Assembly: GCF_024521635.1 (NCBI RefSeq)
Contig: NW_026250408.1
Location: 310,001 to 374,000 of the forward strand
Reading direction: 5' to 3'
DNA from: Tricharina praecox
Lineage: Eukaryota
Length of the DNA stretch: 64,000 nt
Below, piece after piece: positions 1-12,689 of the stretch. The translations under genes and the position numbers were made by a program. The notes beneath the pieces were generated by a model that was not told the DNA's origin, searched no databases, and saw only the letters and a list, made by a program, of their open reading frames with translations. Each line of letters begins with the position of its first letter. The first letter of the stretch is position 1.

Positions 1-326
1 TGCGCAAGTTTGTTTGAACGATTCTCCACTGAAAACCAGCAGGTGCTGGTGTCGATTGCGTTTCTACGTAAACACACGCAAACTCCCCCCCACACCATCG
101 CTACTTGCCCGCCCGATTAGTCGGGCGTCAAGTATAAGTAGTCCTGTTCTCCCCCCACTCTCTTCCTCTTTTCGTTTCCACGCACACGAGAAGATCTAGA
201 TACAAGCGAAGAATAGTAAGTTATCACCTCCTGAATCCTTCCCTATCCCCAACTGAATCACTCCTTAATCGTCCACGTTTCACGTGCCTGCAACCTCCGC
301 TAATTCCTGAAGAATCTGCAAGAAAA

Positions 327-1010
327 ATGGGTCGGGCGAAACACCCAACTGTGAAGCCCAGGTACGGACTGAGGGACCGTAAAAAGCTCAAGGCGCCCGA
401 GAGGGTATGTTCCCTTTCTGCCCCCCCCCTCCCCCCCCAATCGAACATCTTGCTAACTTACTTCCACAGTTGCAACAGGAGGCTCTCAAGCCGAGAAGGA
501 GGTACCCCCGCCGTAAGGTAAGTGATATTTTTGCACGACTGTAGATTACGGGTGCAAAACTGACGGTGTGTGTGTGTGTGTGCAGAAGACCATTGCTCGC
601 CCTGCCGCTCCCTCTGTGACGACCTCCCGTCCCCCCACCAAGACCAAGGTGAGTCCCGCATCACTTCCGCCATGACTCCCGCAGATGCTGATGCGAGTCC
701 CGCGTAGTCGGATGCGAGTTCCGCTGTGACTACTCCGACTGCGACTGATCTCAGTCCAGCCGTGACTTCCGCAAACTCTCCGCGCTCTGTCAAGACCTCA
801 TCGGAATCAGCTGAGAACTCATCGAGCTCAAGCACGGCGTCTCCAAGCCCCGCCACCGCTCCAAGAAGTGTATTCAGCTCCCCCGCTTTCGCGGTCGTCA
901 TATGGGTGAGTGGCCCATGATTCCGCGATACTCGTTTTCCTTCTCTGCTCCTAGCTGACCAAACCTAGAAAAGGCCTACGGTCGGTGGATTGAGGCTGCC
1001 TGGAAGTAGA
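327..1010 (+). CDS. Shorter paralogue (possibly degenerate) of the basic, Ser/Thr-Pro-rich micro-exon protein at 2532
   Basis: ATG 327, MGRAKHPTVKPRYGLRDRKKLKAPER, then GTATGT intron. The next exons and the GTAAGT/GTGAGT donors match the 2532 gene, but only one 63-nt repeat exon is present. 3' end approximate. Confidence 0.5.
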
Positions 1011-1214
1011 TGTCAAAAATGAGTGGGAATCGGGATACAGGTGGAAACTCGTTATGCCTTTCTCATTACAAGTTCCTTCCATAGATAAAATTCCTGCCAG
1101 CTATGTCTTGTCTATAAAACCAATATGTATTCGCGTACCCAATGCCCATGAAATTACATCCCCACCCCATACCTTCCCTTCCCCATCCCTTCCCCGCCTC
1201 CTCCCCGCACTACA

Positions 1215-1345
1215 TTATTCATATTTATAACACAGAATCCCCCCTAGCCCGCCCCCCGTGGTCGATGTTCGCGTGGTAGACGAAGAGGATCGGGCCGCTG
1301 GGGACGCCCATTGATCCAGCATCTAGTTGCCGGGTGTTAGTGCGT
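1215..1345 (-). pseudogene. Remnant of tyrosinase last exon (CuB region and C-terminus, internally deleted)
   Basis: 1260-1345 matches 4191-4280 (gtcgatgttcgcgtgg..., the HANID region) with substitutions. 1215-1245 matches the LCYxYE-stop end at 3931-3960. Confidence 0.75.
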
Positions 1346-1690
1346 GGAGGGAGGGAGGGGGGGGGGGGGGGGCGGAGGCGGGAGGAAACGAATGTGGTTA
1401 ATAGGGAGCATCAAGGTCGACGAGTCCAGCGAAGTCGTCAGCTCCTTAATGGTCAGCTTCTTAGCCGTCTGCTCCGTCTTCTTCTCTCTCTCTCATCATC
1501 TGCCGAATATAACCTAGACGACCAACATCCATATCTTGTCTTTCTTCTGTGTGCGCACTGTGCTCTCCTCTTGATTCCATCCTGCCTGGAGGGTTGTTAC
1601 CAAAAAAACCCGTCCGCAAAACCGTTGCTGTCTGGGCTGAGTCTCGTTGACGTTGTTACCTATGCATTTTCCATCCGGACGAATACAGTT

Positions 1691-1768
1691 GATATCACTC
1701 GTTCGTGGACGACTACTTTGGAGATCACTCGTTCGTGGAGGAATACCTTTGATATCACTCGTTCGTGC
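1691..1768 (+). repeat. Three 30-bp tandem repeats, core GATATCACTCGTTCGTG
   Basis: Cores at 1691, 1721 and 1751. Confidence 0.85.
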
Positions 1769-2531
1769 ACTATTCCCGACGCAGAAAGAATTGAACGTAT
1801 ATCCCACTAGACGAAGGTGTAGAGGATCGTTCAACTAGCTCCGATTAAGAGCTCGGGTCTTGCCATTACACGTGAATCTCGTGGTATGCATCTGCTGCAC
1901 TGTCAAATACCGGTATATGTGGTCGTAGATGAGCCGGCAATATGCAAACCGGCTGCGTAGCTTGCGGATCAAACAGTGCAGCTTGAGCTGAAAATTTGCA
2001 TAGATCCTGTTTCCGTACCGGTGTGCCGGTTAGTTGACCGGAGAAGGCACATGTCACTGGTTGAATCGTTCGGCTTTGGGTATTAGTGGCTGCGTCGTCG
2101 TTTGAGCGCCTCGCAATCGAATACTACCGGTACACCGCGATAGGGGTAGTGGATTGCTGCCGCTGATGTGCTGCCTTCGCTGTTACTCAAAGGTCGATTG
2201 CGCAAGTTTGTTTGAACGATTACCCACTGAAAACCGGCAGGTGCTGGTGTCGATTGCTTTTCTACGTAAACACACAAACTCCCCCCACACCATCGCTGCT
2301 TGCCCGCCCGATTAGGCGGGCGTCAAGTATAAGTAGTCCTGTTCTCCCCACATTCTCTTCCTCTTTTTCTTTTCCACGCACACCAGAAGATCAAGATCAA
2401 GAGCGACAAGTGACCTACGAGTAAGTTATGCCCTCCTAAATACTTCCCTATCTTCCACTGAATCACTCCTTAATCGTCCACGTTTCTCGTGCCTGCAACC
2501 TCCGCTGATTCCTGAAGACGCTACAAGAAAA

Positions 2532-3535
2532 ATGGGTCGCATCAACAAAAAGACCCTTAAGCCTCGGTACGAACTGAGGAAGTGTAAGACCGTCTCACGA
2601 TACAACCTCCGAGACCGAAAGAAGATCAAGAAGCCAGACAGGGTATGTTCCCCTTCCCCTTCCCTCCAGTCGAAAATCATACTAACTCACTTCCACAGCT
2701 GGTTCAGGAGCCTATCAAGGCGAGACGCAGATACACAAGACGCAAGGTAAGTGATATGTTTTCAACGGGCGTAGATAACGGGTGCAAGACTGACGGTATG
2801 TGTGTGTGTATGCAGAAGACCGTCATGAGGCCAGCCGCTCCTCCTGTAGAGTCCTCCGTCTCTCCCACCAAGACTAAGGTGAGTCCTACCATCACTCCCG
2901 CTATGACTCCCGCAAAGACTAACGGTGTGTGTCTGTGTGTGTCTGCAGAAGACCGTTGCTTCCCGTGTCACTCGTTCCGAGACACCCTCACCTTCCCCCC
3001 CCAAGACCAAGGTGAGTCCCACCATCACTCCCGCTATGACTCCCGCGAAGATTGACGGTGTGTGTGCGTGTTTGTGTAGATGACCGTCAAGAGCCCAGAT
3101 GCCCCTTCTGAGACGCCCTCCGGTTCCCCCATCAAGACCGAGGTGAGTCCCACCATCACTCCCACCATCACTCCCGCCGAGACTGCTGCGAGTCCCGCTG
3201 TGACTTCCGCGAAGACTGACGTTGTGCGTGTATGCCTGCAGAAGACCGTTGATCCCCGTGTCAAACATCCCGAGACGCCTTCCGGAACTCCCCTCAAGAA
3301 CAACGTGAGTCCTACCATCACTCCCACCATGCCTCCTGCCGAGACTGACGAGATACACGCCCAGACTCCCATCAAGAAACCTGTCACGACCCCCGCCCAT
3401 ACTCCCATCAAGAGTCTCGTCAAGACCCCTGCTCATATACTCCCGCCGCCAGTCTCGGCCAGAGTTCTTCTTCAAGTTCAACCACCAGTCCCGTTCAGAG
3501 TCGTGGAAGTTTGGTGGACAGCACCGCGAGTATAA
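2532..3535 (+). CDS. Hypothetical basic protein with RYxLR motifs and S/T-P-x-K repeats encoded by tandem 63-nt exons
   Basis: ATG 2532. Phase-0 exons 2816-2878, 2949-3011, 3080-3142 and 3242-3304 are each flanked by YAG and GTGAGT. The exon from 3365 runs to TAA 3533-3535. A further conserved GTGAGT at ~3565 makes the true 3' end uncertain. Confidence 0.65.
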
Positions 3536-3930
3536 CCCGCGGCTCGTTCGCCGTAGACTTGTGGGTGAGTGGCCCATGATTCCGCAATACGCGTCTTCCT
3601 CCTCTGCTCAGTGCTCATAGCTGACCGAATCTAGAAGCCCCCGGGAAGGTAGTAGGAACGCCTACTGTCGGTGGACTTTGCTTACCAGGCAGTGGCAGTC
3701 GATTTACGAGATAGACAGTAACTACTACTGGATTCTGGGCACCAAGTTCTTAAACGTCTTTTTTCTTTCGCATTACTTCCTTCCATTGATTACGTTCCTG
3801 CTAGCAGCTGCCTATGTCTTGTCTATACTATATATGTATCCGCGCGTCCAATGCCCAATGCTCATGAAATTACATCCGCCATCCCACCCTTCCCTTCCTT
3901 TCCTCCACCCCCTCCCCCTCCCCGCACTAC

Positions 3931-5256
3931 CTATTCATACCTATAACACAGCAACCCCCTTTCCCCCCTTTCCCCACCCCCGATCATAGACCCCCTAGTA
4001 TCCATAACCTGCTCCACCCTTACATCCAGCCTGCTTCCCATGGGGCCCATATCGATTCTGAAACCGAGGGTAACATTCCCCATTGGGGCGTCAGGCCACA
4101 GCGGCCGCGTGAGCGGGTTCCGCGACGCGATGGGATTGCCGATTGCCCACTGGTTCTGCGATGACTTTGACTGCCAGACTGACCAGATCCGGTCGATGTT
4201 CGCGTGGTGGACGAAAAAGATTGGGTCGCTGGGAGAGGCCCATTGGTCTAGCATCTACAGGTGGGGGTGTTAGTGCGTGGCGGGAGAGGAAGGGAGAGGG
4301 GACGTACATCGCCGCCGACACCTAGGTGCCCCGCGTTGTGGATGCCCAGGGTGTTATTTAGGTCGCCGTCGCCCTCTAGCACGACCGCAAAGCGCTCGTA
4401 GGTTTCGGAGGCGAGGACATCCTGTTCCGCCGCGGCGTTGAACCAGCGAGTAGCCGGGAGCTGGAGGAAGTTCCTCTTGATGCAACGCTCATGGTAGGTA
4501 GTATCGCCCTCATGGCCGGTATGTATGACCTCGCCGGCGAACGGCCCATCGAAGAGACACCCGCCGCCGTCGGCAGTGATATTGAGGAACGGGATGATAG
4601 CGGCGGGATCGTACGCGCCGTTACCGCCGAACCCGTGCGAGGGCGAGAAGATCGGCGCGCTGACGATGTCGGCCCCGTCCTGCTTTGCGTCCCAGTACGG
4701 CAGGTAGCCGGCGTAGTCGCATTCGCTGCGCAGCACGCGCTCGTACTCGTAACTGCGGACAGATATGATGTCAGCCCCCACACACCCACCCACCCCCAAT
4801 TAGCGAAAAAGTATGCGGATGCTTACAGGTACAGCCGGTGGAACGGCAGGAACTGCCCCACGTTGTGCACCATCGGCATCTTGATCTGGTGGATGTAAAT
4901 GAAGTCCTCCCAGCGAGTTTTGACGCCGGACGCCAGGGCCTGCAGCTTTCCCGGGGAGTGCATCAGGCACTTGACGGAGCGGACGTAGTCATCCTGCTGG
5001 TGTGTTGAGAGAGTACGCCTGATAGTGGTGTAACTGTATTAGCAGGGGGGACCGGGGCACGAAGAATGATCCATTGAAGTAGGTGTGTGGGAAGAACTGA
5101 CCACTCTTTCCGGATGGCGGGGTTTTTGCACGCGCCGTAGCGAGGTTTCGTCGACTCCCCGTAGCGATGTGTAGACTCGGTTGGCAGGGCGGTCGAGATC
5201 GTGGCCAGACCGAGAAGGCCGACTAGCGAGGAGGCGAGGATGTTGGTGAGCTGCAT
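3931..5256 (-). CDS. Secreted tyrosinase / type-3 di-copper centre protein, 4 exons
   Basis: Signal peptide MQLTNILASSLVGLLGLATISTA; RKEWRTL motif; CuA ...FIYIHQ...MVHNVGQFLPFHRLYL; LPYWD; CuB HNAGH...SPSDPIFFVHHANIDRIW; C-terminal LCYRYE. Three canonical introns (donors GTCAGT, GTAAGC, GTACGT). Confidence 0.93.
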
Positions 5257-7916
5257 GATGATTATTGCCGGCGGGCGTGTCGACGAATGGAATGATTAAT
5301 AGGTGTTGGTGGCGGACACTGAAGGGAGGATGCGATGTAGACTGAGGCTGCTGGTCTTCACCCTATATATACGGTTGTAAATCGATTGAGAGGCATCGCA
5401 GATCACCAGCCCGGTAGAGGAGGATCGCCGGCGCCGCTCTGTCCGAAGATGCACAGCCTGAGATCTAGGCTCACACGCCGAAGTCGGACGGATTTACTAC
5501 CTACCTACTCGAACCATCAAGTGAAAGTAGTAACATAGTAACATAGTAAAAGCACGCCCAGTTCCTTGCATGAAGCCCGCCTTGCTGTAGTAACGCCGGG
5601 GCGGGGAGATTTTCTCACCTCAGACCAATGATATGTTTAGAAGCTTCAAGCTGCCATTGCCGTGGAGTCCGCGGCGCCGGCCTCAAGCGCGAAGAGCTGT
5701 GTATGTGCACAAGACATCTCGCTACCCTTGAGCAGTCTGTGCACTGTGCATGCTACCTGCGCAGCAGCGGCGGCGACGGTAGCAACGGCAGTAGTAGTGG
5801 TGGTAGTAGTTGGGCGCAGGGCCACCGGCGAGCCCGAAATAGAGCTTTTTCCTCGAGAGTACTTACATAGACAGTACTAGTAACCACAGTCATGCCGATG
5901 CGGCACGGACGGGACGGCCTGAGTGGAGGCAGTCTGATCCTAACTCCACCTGCTCTGATAATATGTACCATGCACGAGGCAGTGGCCAGCTCAGTAGACG
6001 CCAATTCTGCCTCAGCCTCCGACGTGGAACAAAGTCAGCCCTTGTGGCAGGTGGCATCGGATGATGAGATATTCGTGAGGATGAGGAGAAGGATGATGAT
6101 AATCAGGCGTGCTGTGCTGCACCACCGCCAGCCACTTGATACAGTGTCAGTCTGACAGACGGCAGGTCGTTCTGACCTGGCATGCCCGATTTGCGTTGAG
6201 TTACCTACTCGGTTCTAAGTTGCGCTGCCGAGTCTTCTGACGTGTGACAGCTCCATGTTCGCATCTCGCTGCACCGCTCGCTGCACAGCTCGCTGGTTAA
6301 GCTTGTCACTTGTCACTTGTGCAAGTGTGTGTGCTGCGGGTGCAAAAATAACTGGTGACACGGAATACGGCAGATCTGCAATTCCGGTTTCAGACTTTTC
6401 AGTTCATCGGGCGCTGGTTGGCTCGTGTAGTGCGCCAGTACTATGGGGTAGGATAGTGTGGGTGGGTGGTGGTGCTGAGCCGCGAGCTCTCGGCCGAGAG
6501 AGACGCGGAACGCACGTCGCACGAACATTGGGTAGAGTATGCTATGCACCTCACCCATCAGATTTCACCTGCCAGTGGCCGGGGTAGCTACCTAGCTGGT
6601 CGAACCAAAGCAGAGCGATGCGACACTGCGACAAGCCTACATAGGAGTCCTCGTCCCGCTTTCCACCACAACCACGGTAAAGACCGTTTTCATACCGCTT
6701 CACCTATGTCTCTCTCTTGCGGACGTACGGCTGAGAACCGTCAAAAAACTACAATATCGGACGACTTTATTGCAGATTGGGAGGGGACCGGGGCCGGGAC
6801 CGGGGCTAGGACAGGGGCGTAACGATACTCCAGTCTACATTGTAGAGAACCTATGACGATGTATTGTGCAACCGTACTTAGTCGAAAGCTGAGCTGAGCT
6901 GAGCGACTTCGGTTTCCATGCGGCGTGTGGTGCGGCGTGCAGTGTGCGTCCGATCGCCACCGCACCCCACTAACATTTCGCCCGCACCGCATACCTATCT
7001 AGAGTACCTATTGCATTACCCAACCCCACCACGGCGTATTACCATTACAATTTACATACTACCAGTACGTGTAGATTCCTCGCAACTTGCGCGGGAACCT
7101 ATAGCCAAGTCCATTGAGTTGTGGCCTTTCACCGGCTCACGGGTTCACCGTTGTTTGAATCCGTCTGGGTTGCGAATCGCGATATAGTAGGAAGAGTCTG
7201 TGAAAGAGCCTGTAGTTGAAAATGGCCCATTTCGGATGTAAACATGGCCCCGCGATGAAAATAGGTACAATTTACTCTGCGATTGTAATCAACATGACAT
7301 GTAGAGTACTGCGCGATTCGCCTCTTGGATACATATAGGTAGTAGAGTGCGTGCCAGGTACAGGTACTCTATATAGTTGAGTCTGCTGGGTAGTTGAGTC
7401 TGCTGGGAAGTCGAGTCTGCTGGGTATATCGAGTCTATTACTCGATATAGGTACACTCTACTCATAGTACTCAGTACTCGGAACTCCACTCTCGATAGTA
7501 CTCTACCGTAGTAGAGTCTAGGGATGGTACGATGATTCAGCCTCCGCGCGCTAGATAACTTTCGGGTGTTAATCGTGCTTTCTCTTTTCCCCAACTTTCT
7601 TTATCGCAATCGTTTCTTTTCTTTTTCGCAGGGCCGAGACTCAAGAGCGAGCAAGAGCATGACGTTAAACTCTACTCCAACTACTCGGTACGGTACTCGC
7701 CAGCGGCCGCTGCTACCCGACCCGCTCGTGGCTCGAACGCTCGTGGCTCGAACGCTCGTGGCAGGCATAAAGTATCCGGAGTAACTTAGCGCAACGAAAA
7801 TCCTGGGAGTCTGGGACTGCAGATCTTCGTTCGAACCGGAAATTCTGCACCACCACCACCAACTGCTGGTTGAGGAAAAGCTTCATGCCGAGGAAAAGGC
7901 TGTATATCCGGATGCT

Positions 7917-8464
7917 ATGGTGGGAGACTCCTAGTCGCGATGTAGTGGGACATTCGTGGAAAAATCGAATTTAATTACAAAATGGGTAATAAATAGCGAT
8001 TTTTGAGAATTTTTTTTAGCAAAAAATGGCATTTTTAATTCCCTTTTCGGCCTATTTGTCCACATTTCAGCGTATTATGGTCCTTAACTCACCTGATCGG
8101 GCTTACCATGGGTCCAGGCACACTCAATAATGCTTATGGAATACAAAATGACCATGAGATGTGGCTCATGTGTGGCTAACATGTGGCTTCTTGAGATAGC
8201 ACCTTCCTAATCCGGAATTGGGCAGGGGTTAGGGGGGTTAGGAGAGGGACATTCGGGGGAGCGCCCCACCAAAATCACTTTTTTTCTAAATTCAAAGGAA
8301 AATCAACCACACTTTCTAAAATTCAAAACTTGTTATTAAGTGAATCTAAATAGCCTGATCTATCGACTAATAACGAGCTTTAAAAATTTGGTGTGGTTTT
8401 GTGGGAGGAGATAGGTGTCAAAGTTGGGGGTGTTTTTGCATCGGGACTAGGCGTCCCCCACCAT
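7917..8464. mobile_element. Putative MITE / non-autonomous DNA transposon (548 bp, 26-bp imperfect TIRs)
   Basis: atggtgggagactcctagtcgcgatg (7917-7942) matches the reverse complement of 8439-8464 at 23/26 positions. Interior is AT-rich and non-coding. No TSD seen. Confidence 0.6.
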
Positions 8465-8775
8465 GTGTAAATGCCTGGCGCCTTACACACACAACGCACA
8501 CTGTCACCAGGACCTCGAACCCCGAACCTCGAACGCCGGGGCCCGGAACCCGGGATCACTGGTAGACATATCTAAAAATAAAGTCATCTGTCCATCTCAA
8601 CAATTCCATTTCTATTCCATCTAGCAAATTCATTCCATCTCGCAAAGTCATTCCATCATTATTTCATCGTGTACCCATAAAGACAACTATCCATCTCAGT
8701 AATTCCATTTCAATTCCATCTCGCAAACCGATTTCCTCACGATTTATCTAGTACCCACCGCACAGATCTAAAGTT

Positions 8776-11740
8776 TTAAACATAGTGAGCCTCAACCGCC
8801 TTCACCGGCGCCGACACAATCATGTACGTATCAGTCCTCACGACTAGCGACATCCAATTCTGCGCCTGCATCATCTGCATGGTTTCCTTTTCCATCCACA
8901 AAGCAGCCCTGCACACGAACCGGAATGCGCCCTGTCTGCCCCCCTCTAGCTTCCAACCGAGATTTCCAAACAGGAGGATTTTACCGTATGTACCAGTACC
9001 GCAGGCACAATAGTTCCAGAGTTGGGTGAGGTCGTGTGGCGACTGGTCGGGTGCGACAAAGGCCACGCTGAGCATCTCGGTCGACGGCCCGACGGTGGTG
9101 TCGATTATGTTGAAGACTAGTGAGTATTTCTCGAGCGCGGAGCGCGGAGGGAGGGAGAATGACAGGTTGTATGGAAGGATTGGCTGGTGCCGGATCACAA
9201 GTGCGCGGAACTCGGGGATGAATGCATCGAGGTTATAGTTCTCTAAGCTGGGGGGCTCGGCACCGGGAAGGAGATAGGATACTTCTCTAATTGCCAAGGG
9301 AGCGGTGGTCGTAAAACGCGCCGCGGTCCACACCGAGCCGGAGAGGAGTGAGTCGATGGCGTTGGCTACCCAGTGGGGTGGGATGCCGCGGTCCTTCACG
9401 AGAAAAATCGAGAGCCTGATGAAGGAAGACAGCGTGAGCGGTTGGTTGATGCGCGTCATTCCATCCGCCATGGCTCGTGGCACGGGTAGGGCCAGCTTGA
9501 AGAACATCTGCGTGAACCAGCGGGTGAAAGAAGCTTTCGGCGGAAATGGCTTTCTCGTCGATAGCGTCCATCGGTCCGGATCGGACAGACGCACCCAGCG
9601 GTAAAGCTTGGGGATATTGGCATCATGTGCTTCGGAGTCAGGACTCTCCACGCGGTCGATACCGAGCATGGAACTGGCAACCTGGACCGACGGAACACAA
9701 AGGTACTCAGCGAGGGCACGCGGAAGGCCTTCGCTAAAGCATGCTGCGTTGAGCAGGATGTTGATCTGCGTGAAGCTGATGGCATCGAGGGTATCAGGCT
9801 TGAGCACTGGCAACGCATGAAGCGCAGTCGCCAGGTGACCGCCGGAACAGTCGCTTTTAGGGTTAGCTCTCAGGATGCCATGCTCAACAGGAACGAATAA
9901 CGTACCCAATGTTGCCCAGAAATATGCAATCGTATTGCGTGGGAAAATCTGACCGACCATCTGTCTTGTATCGAACGGTATCGAGATGGTGCAAGACCTC
10001 ATCAACTACCAACTCGATCGTAAAATGCAACTCCGCCAGCACTTCTGCGCACTGGCTGAATATCGGCATGCACATCTCGATAAGTTGAGGCTCAACCTCA
10101 ATCGGCGGGACAGGTCGCTCTCTCAAAACATCGGCCAGTGAAATCATCAAATGCTTCGGTGAGGCTCCAATGTAGAATTTCGTGATCGTTTCAACCACGT
10201 CGGTGGTATTCTTCCAAGTATACCCCCTACGCAGATTCTCAGCATACCAGATTACTATCGGAGGGGTAACGGGTTGGAGGACGCATACCATTTGTTGTAC
10301 CAGTCTGGCTCCTGAAGGAGAGTGATATTGACCTCCCAGTTCTTCTGAGCGTATTCTTTGAAGGCCTGTTTCGGTGTCAGCAGCCGCTTCGGCGATCACA
10401 GGCTAGCAGGGGAAATGCATTTTGCCTCAAATGAACACGCTTCCCATTATTCTCCTTGACGAGGGCAGCGAGCTCAGGTTCCTCCACTAGCTGAAGTATT
10501 GGGGGAGGGTATACGAGCATGCTTGCTTCGTATTGGTTCCATTCCGGCTTCAAGGAAGCCATGTCCTTCATTACAGGATTATTAAGGTATTCGGCACGCT
10601 TCGTCCACGACAGCCGCGTCTGGGCATACTTGACGTCGTAGTCAAGTCTCTCACGGAGCGTCATCGCATCGCCAAGCCAGTAGGAGAGCACCGAGCGAAT
10701 AGCATCCACCGTCTTCTTGTTGGTCCTCATCCACGGAATTCCGAAATTATCCCTTGTTTCCTCGTATAGCGATTTCATGACCGAGGTAAGGCGAGCGAAG
10801 ATGTATGGAGGCATGATATCGCAAGCGAGTGCGTACCAAATAGTCGACAGTATCATGGATTTCTCTTTCATCCGTGCCTTCGCATCCAAAAACCTCTGCG
10901 AGATCATCGTCAGATCGAACAAGAGACGATAGATGATCAGATTCAGCGCCATCGTGTGCGCACTGATATCCATCGCGGTAAAGAAGAATTTATCCGTGCT
11001 CGTCTTCTGCGTCGCGGGCTCGTCCTTCCGGTCCTTGTAATAGCCGTAGATGTGGTGTATCTGCTGAAATACTTGTCGGGAGTCGCCGATACCACCGTAG
11101 AACAGCGAGATATCGAGTGGCGACTTCGCTTTCGCTCGTGCATGCAATTCCTCCACCTTGATCCCAGCAACTGGATGGTTGTGGTTGCGCGGAAAGTAAA
11201 TGTTGAGTCCAGCATGCAGACTCGGCCTGAATCTCGGCATCTCGACCATTTCCGCCACTACCGCCTTCTTCACCGCTGCGGTGTACGGTTTCTTCCCATT
11301 GTCGACGGTCTTTTTGATGTTTAGGGCATCCTGGCTGCCACCGGAATAGCAGTCGAGCAAATCTCTCGCCTCCGGAAACCGGTTGAGGTGGAAGTAGCAC
11401 TTCGCCTGTCGTATCCTCAACCCCACCTTGTTCTTCTCGTCGGTCTCGAGCGGGAGAGTATCCTTGATCGTCGCTAGGCATCCCTGGTAGTCTCCGTTCT
11501 CGAATCTAGCGCTTGAGAGGCAGCGGCGGGCAGCGACGTCGGCAGGATCTAGATTTATCGCGGAAAGGTAGTTTGTGACAGCTAGGAGACATCTCAACAC
11601 AAAGTAACTTTGGGGGGTTGGGGTTCCCAAAAGGAAAACATACCGTCAGCGTACCTTCCCTCACGATAGCATCTCTTCCCTTGTCTCCTGAGGAGAGCAC
11701 CAGGGGCGGCCTCGGAACGTGCTGCGGATTGAGGGGTCAT
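8776..11740 (-). CDS. TPR-repeat protein with DUF4470-like (SAM-methyltransferase-like) domain, ~5 exons
   Basis: N-terminal TPR helices (LRRQGKRCYREGRYADAVTNYLSAINLDP; RQAKCYFHLNRFPEA), LFYGGIGDSR motif, WEVNITL and YDCIFLGNI motifs. ORFs 10377-11630, 9884-10399 and 8776-10005 can be joined by short introns; the second donor is uncertain. Confidence 0.8.
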
Positions 11741-12243
11741 GTTTGTGGGGCGGTGATCGTTATGGAAATGAATGGAGAGAACGGAGAGTATGGCGAGGTT
11801 GTAGGAGGATGATCTGCTGGGTTGACGTGGGGTGGTGTAAGGCTTAGCGTTAACCCTGAGAATGACCACTTCTATTGTGGTCGGCTATGTTTTGATTAGC
11901 GTGGTCCGAGTTTCCAAGATTTTATTTCATACCTCCACTTTCAAACCCCAATCCGTCCAGGTGCTTGTGCAAAATATTGCAGCCCCAACCAGAGACATTC
12001 AGTACAAAGGGTGTATCTTTCACCTTTGCACGGCAGCAGGCGAGATACGGTACCACTCTGCATGTTGTTTGCCAGACGACCGTCCCGCTTGACGTACCAG
12101 CACAAACAGCGTTCATAATGATGCAGTTTTTGTACTAGTGAGGGTGGATGGGTGTCCAATAGGCCCAGGCCTAGGAATTGTCCGTCCACTCCGTCCGGGG
12201 CCGACGTTATCGGGCCTGGAATCCCAAGGACTGTAGGGCTCCG

Positions 12244-12689
12244 AAATCTAGATCCTGCCGACGTCGCTGCCCGCCGCTGCCTCTCAAGCGCTAGATTCGA
12301 GAACGGAGACTACCAGGGATGCCTAGCGACGATCAAGGATACTCTCCCGCTCGAGACCGACGAGAAGAACAAGGTGGGGTTGAGGATACGACAGGCGAAG
12401 TGCTACTTCCACCTCAACCGGTTTCCGGAGGCGAGAGATTTGCTCGACTGCTATTCCGGTGGCAGCCAGGATGCCCTAAACATCAAAAAGACCGTCGACA
12501 ATGGGAAGAAACCGTACACCGCAGCGGTGAAGAAGGCGGTAGTGGCGGAAATGGTCGAGATGCCGAGATTCAGGCCGAGTCTGCATGCTGGACTCAACAT
12601 TTACTTTCCGCGCAACCACAACCATCCAGTTGCTGGGATCAAGGTGGAGGAATTGCATGCACGAGCGAAAGCGAAGTCGCCACTCGATA
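12244..12689 (+). repeat. 446-bp inverted duplicate of 11111-11556 (coding exon of the TPR gene)
   Basis: Both segments are 446 bp, and ORF-track translations are identical in several frames over the shared span. Confidence 0.95.

Larger units (their letters stand above)
1..1345. repeat. Diverged direct segmental duplication (copy 1) of ~2199-4280
   Basis: Base 1 'tgcgcaagtttgtttgaacgatt...' recurs at 2199. Similarity continues through the promoter, the micro-exon gene, its 3' region and the tyrosinase 3' end, with internal deletions in this copy. Confidence 0.9.

Noticed and set aside
1691..1768. Repeat-spacer-like arrays here and at 41530-41738 as CRISPR
   Set aside because: Eukaryotic context, only three units, spacers short or related, no cas genes.
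8500..8545. GTTCGAG motifs on the minus strand as tRNA/SINE
   Set aside because: No A box, cloverleaf or tail.
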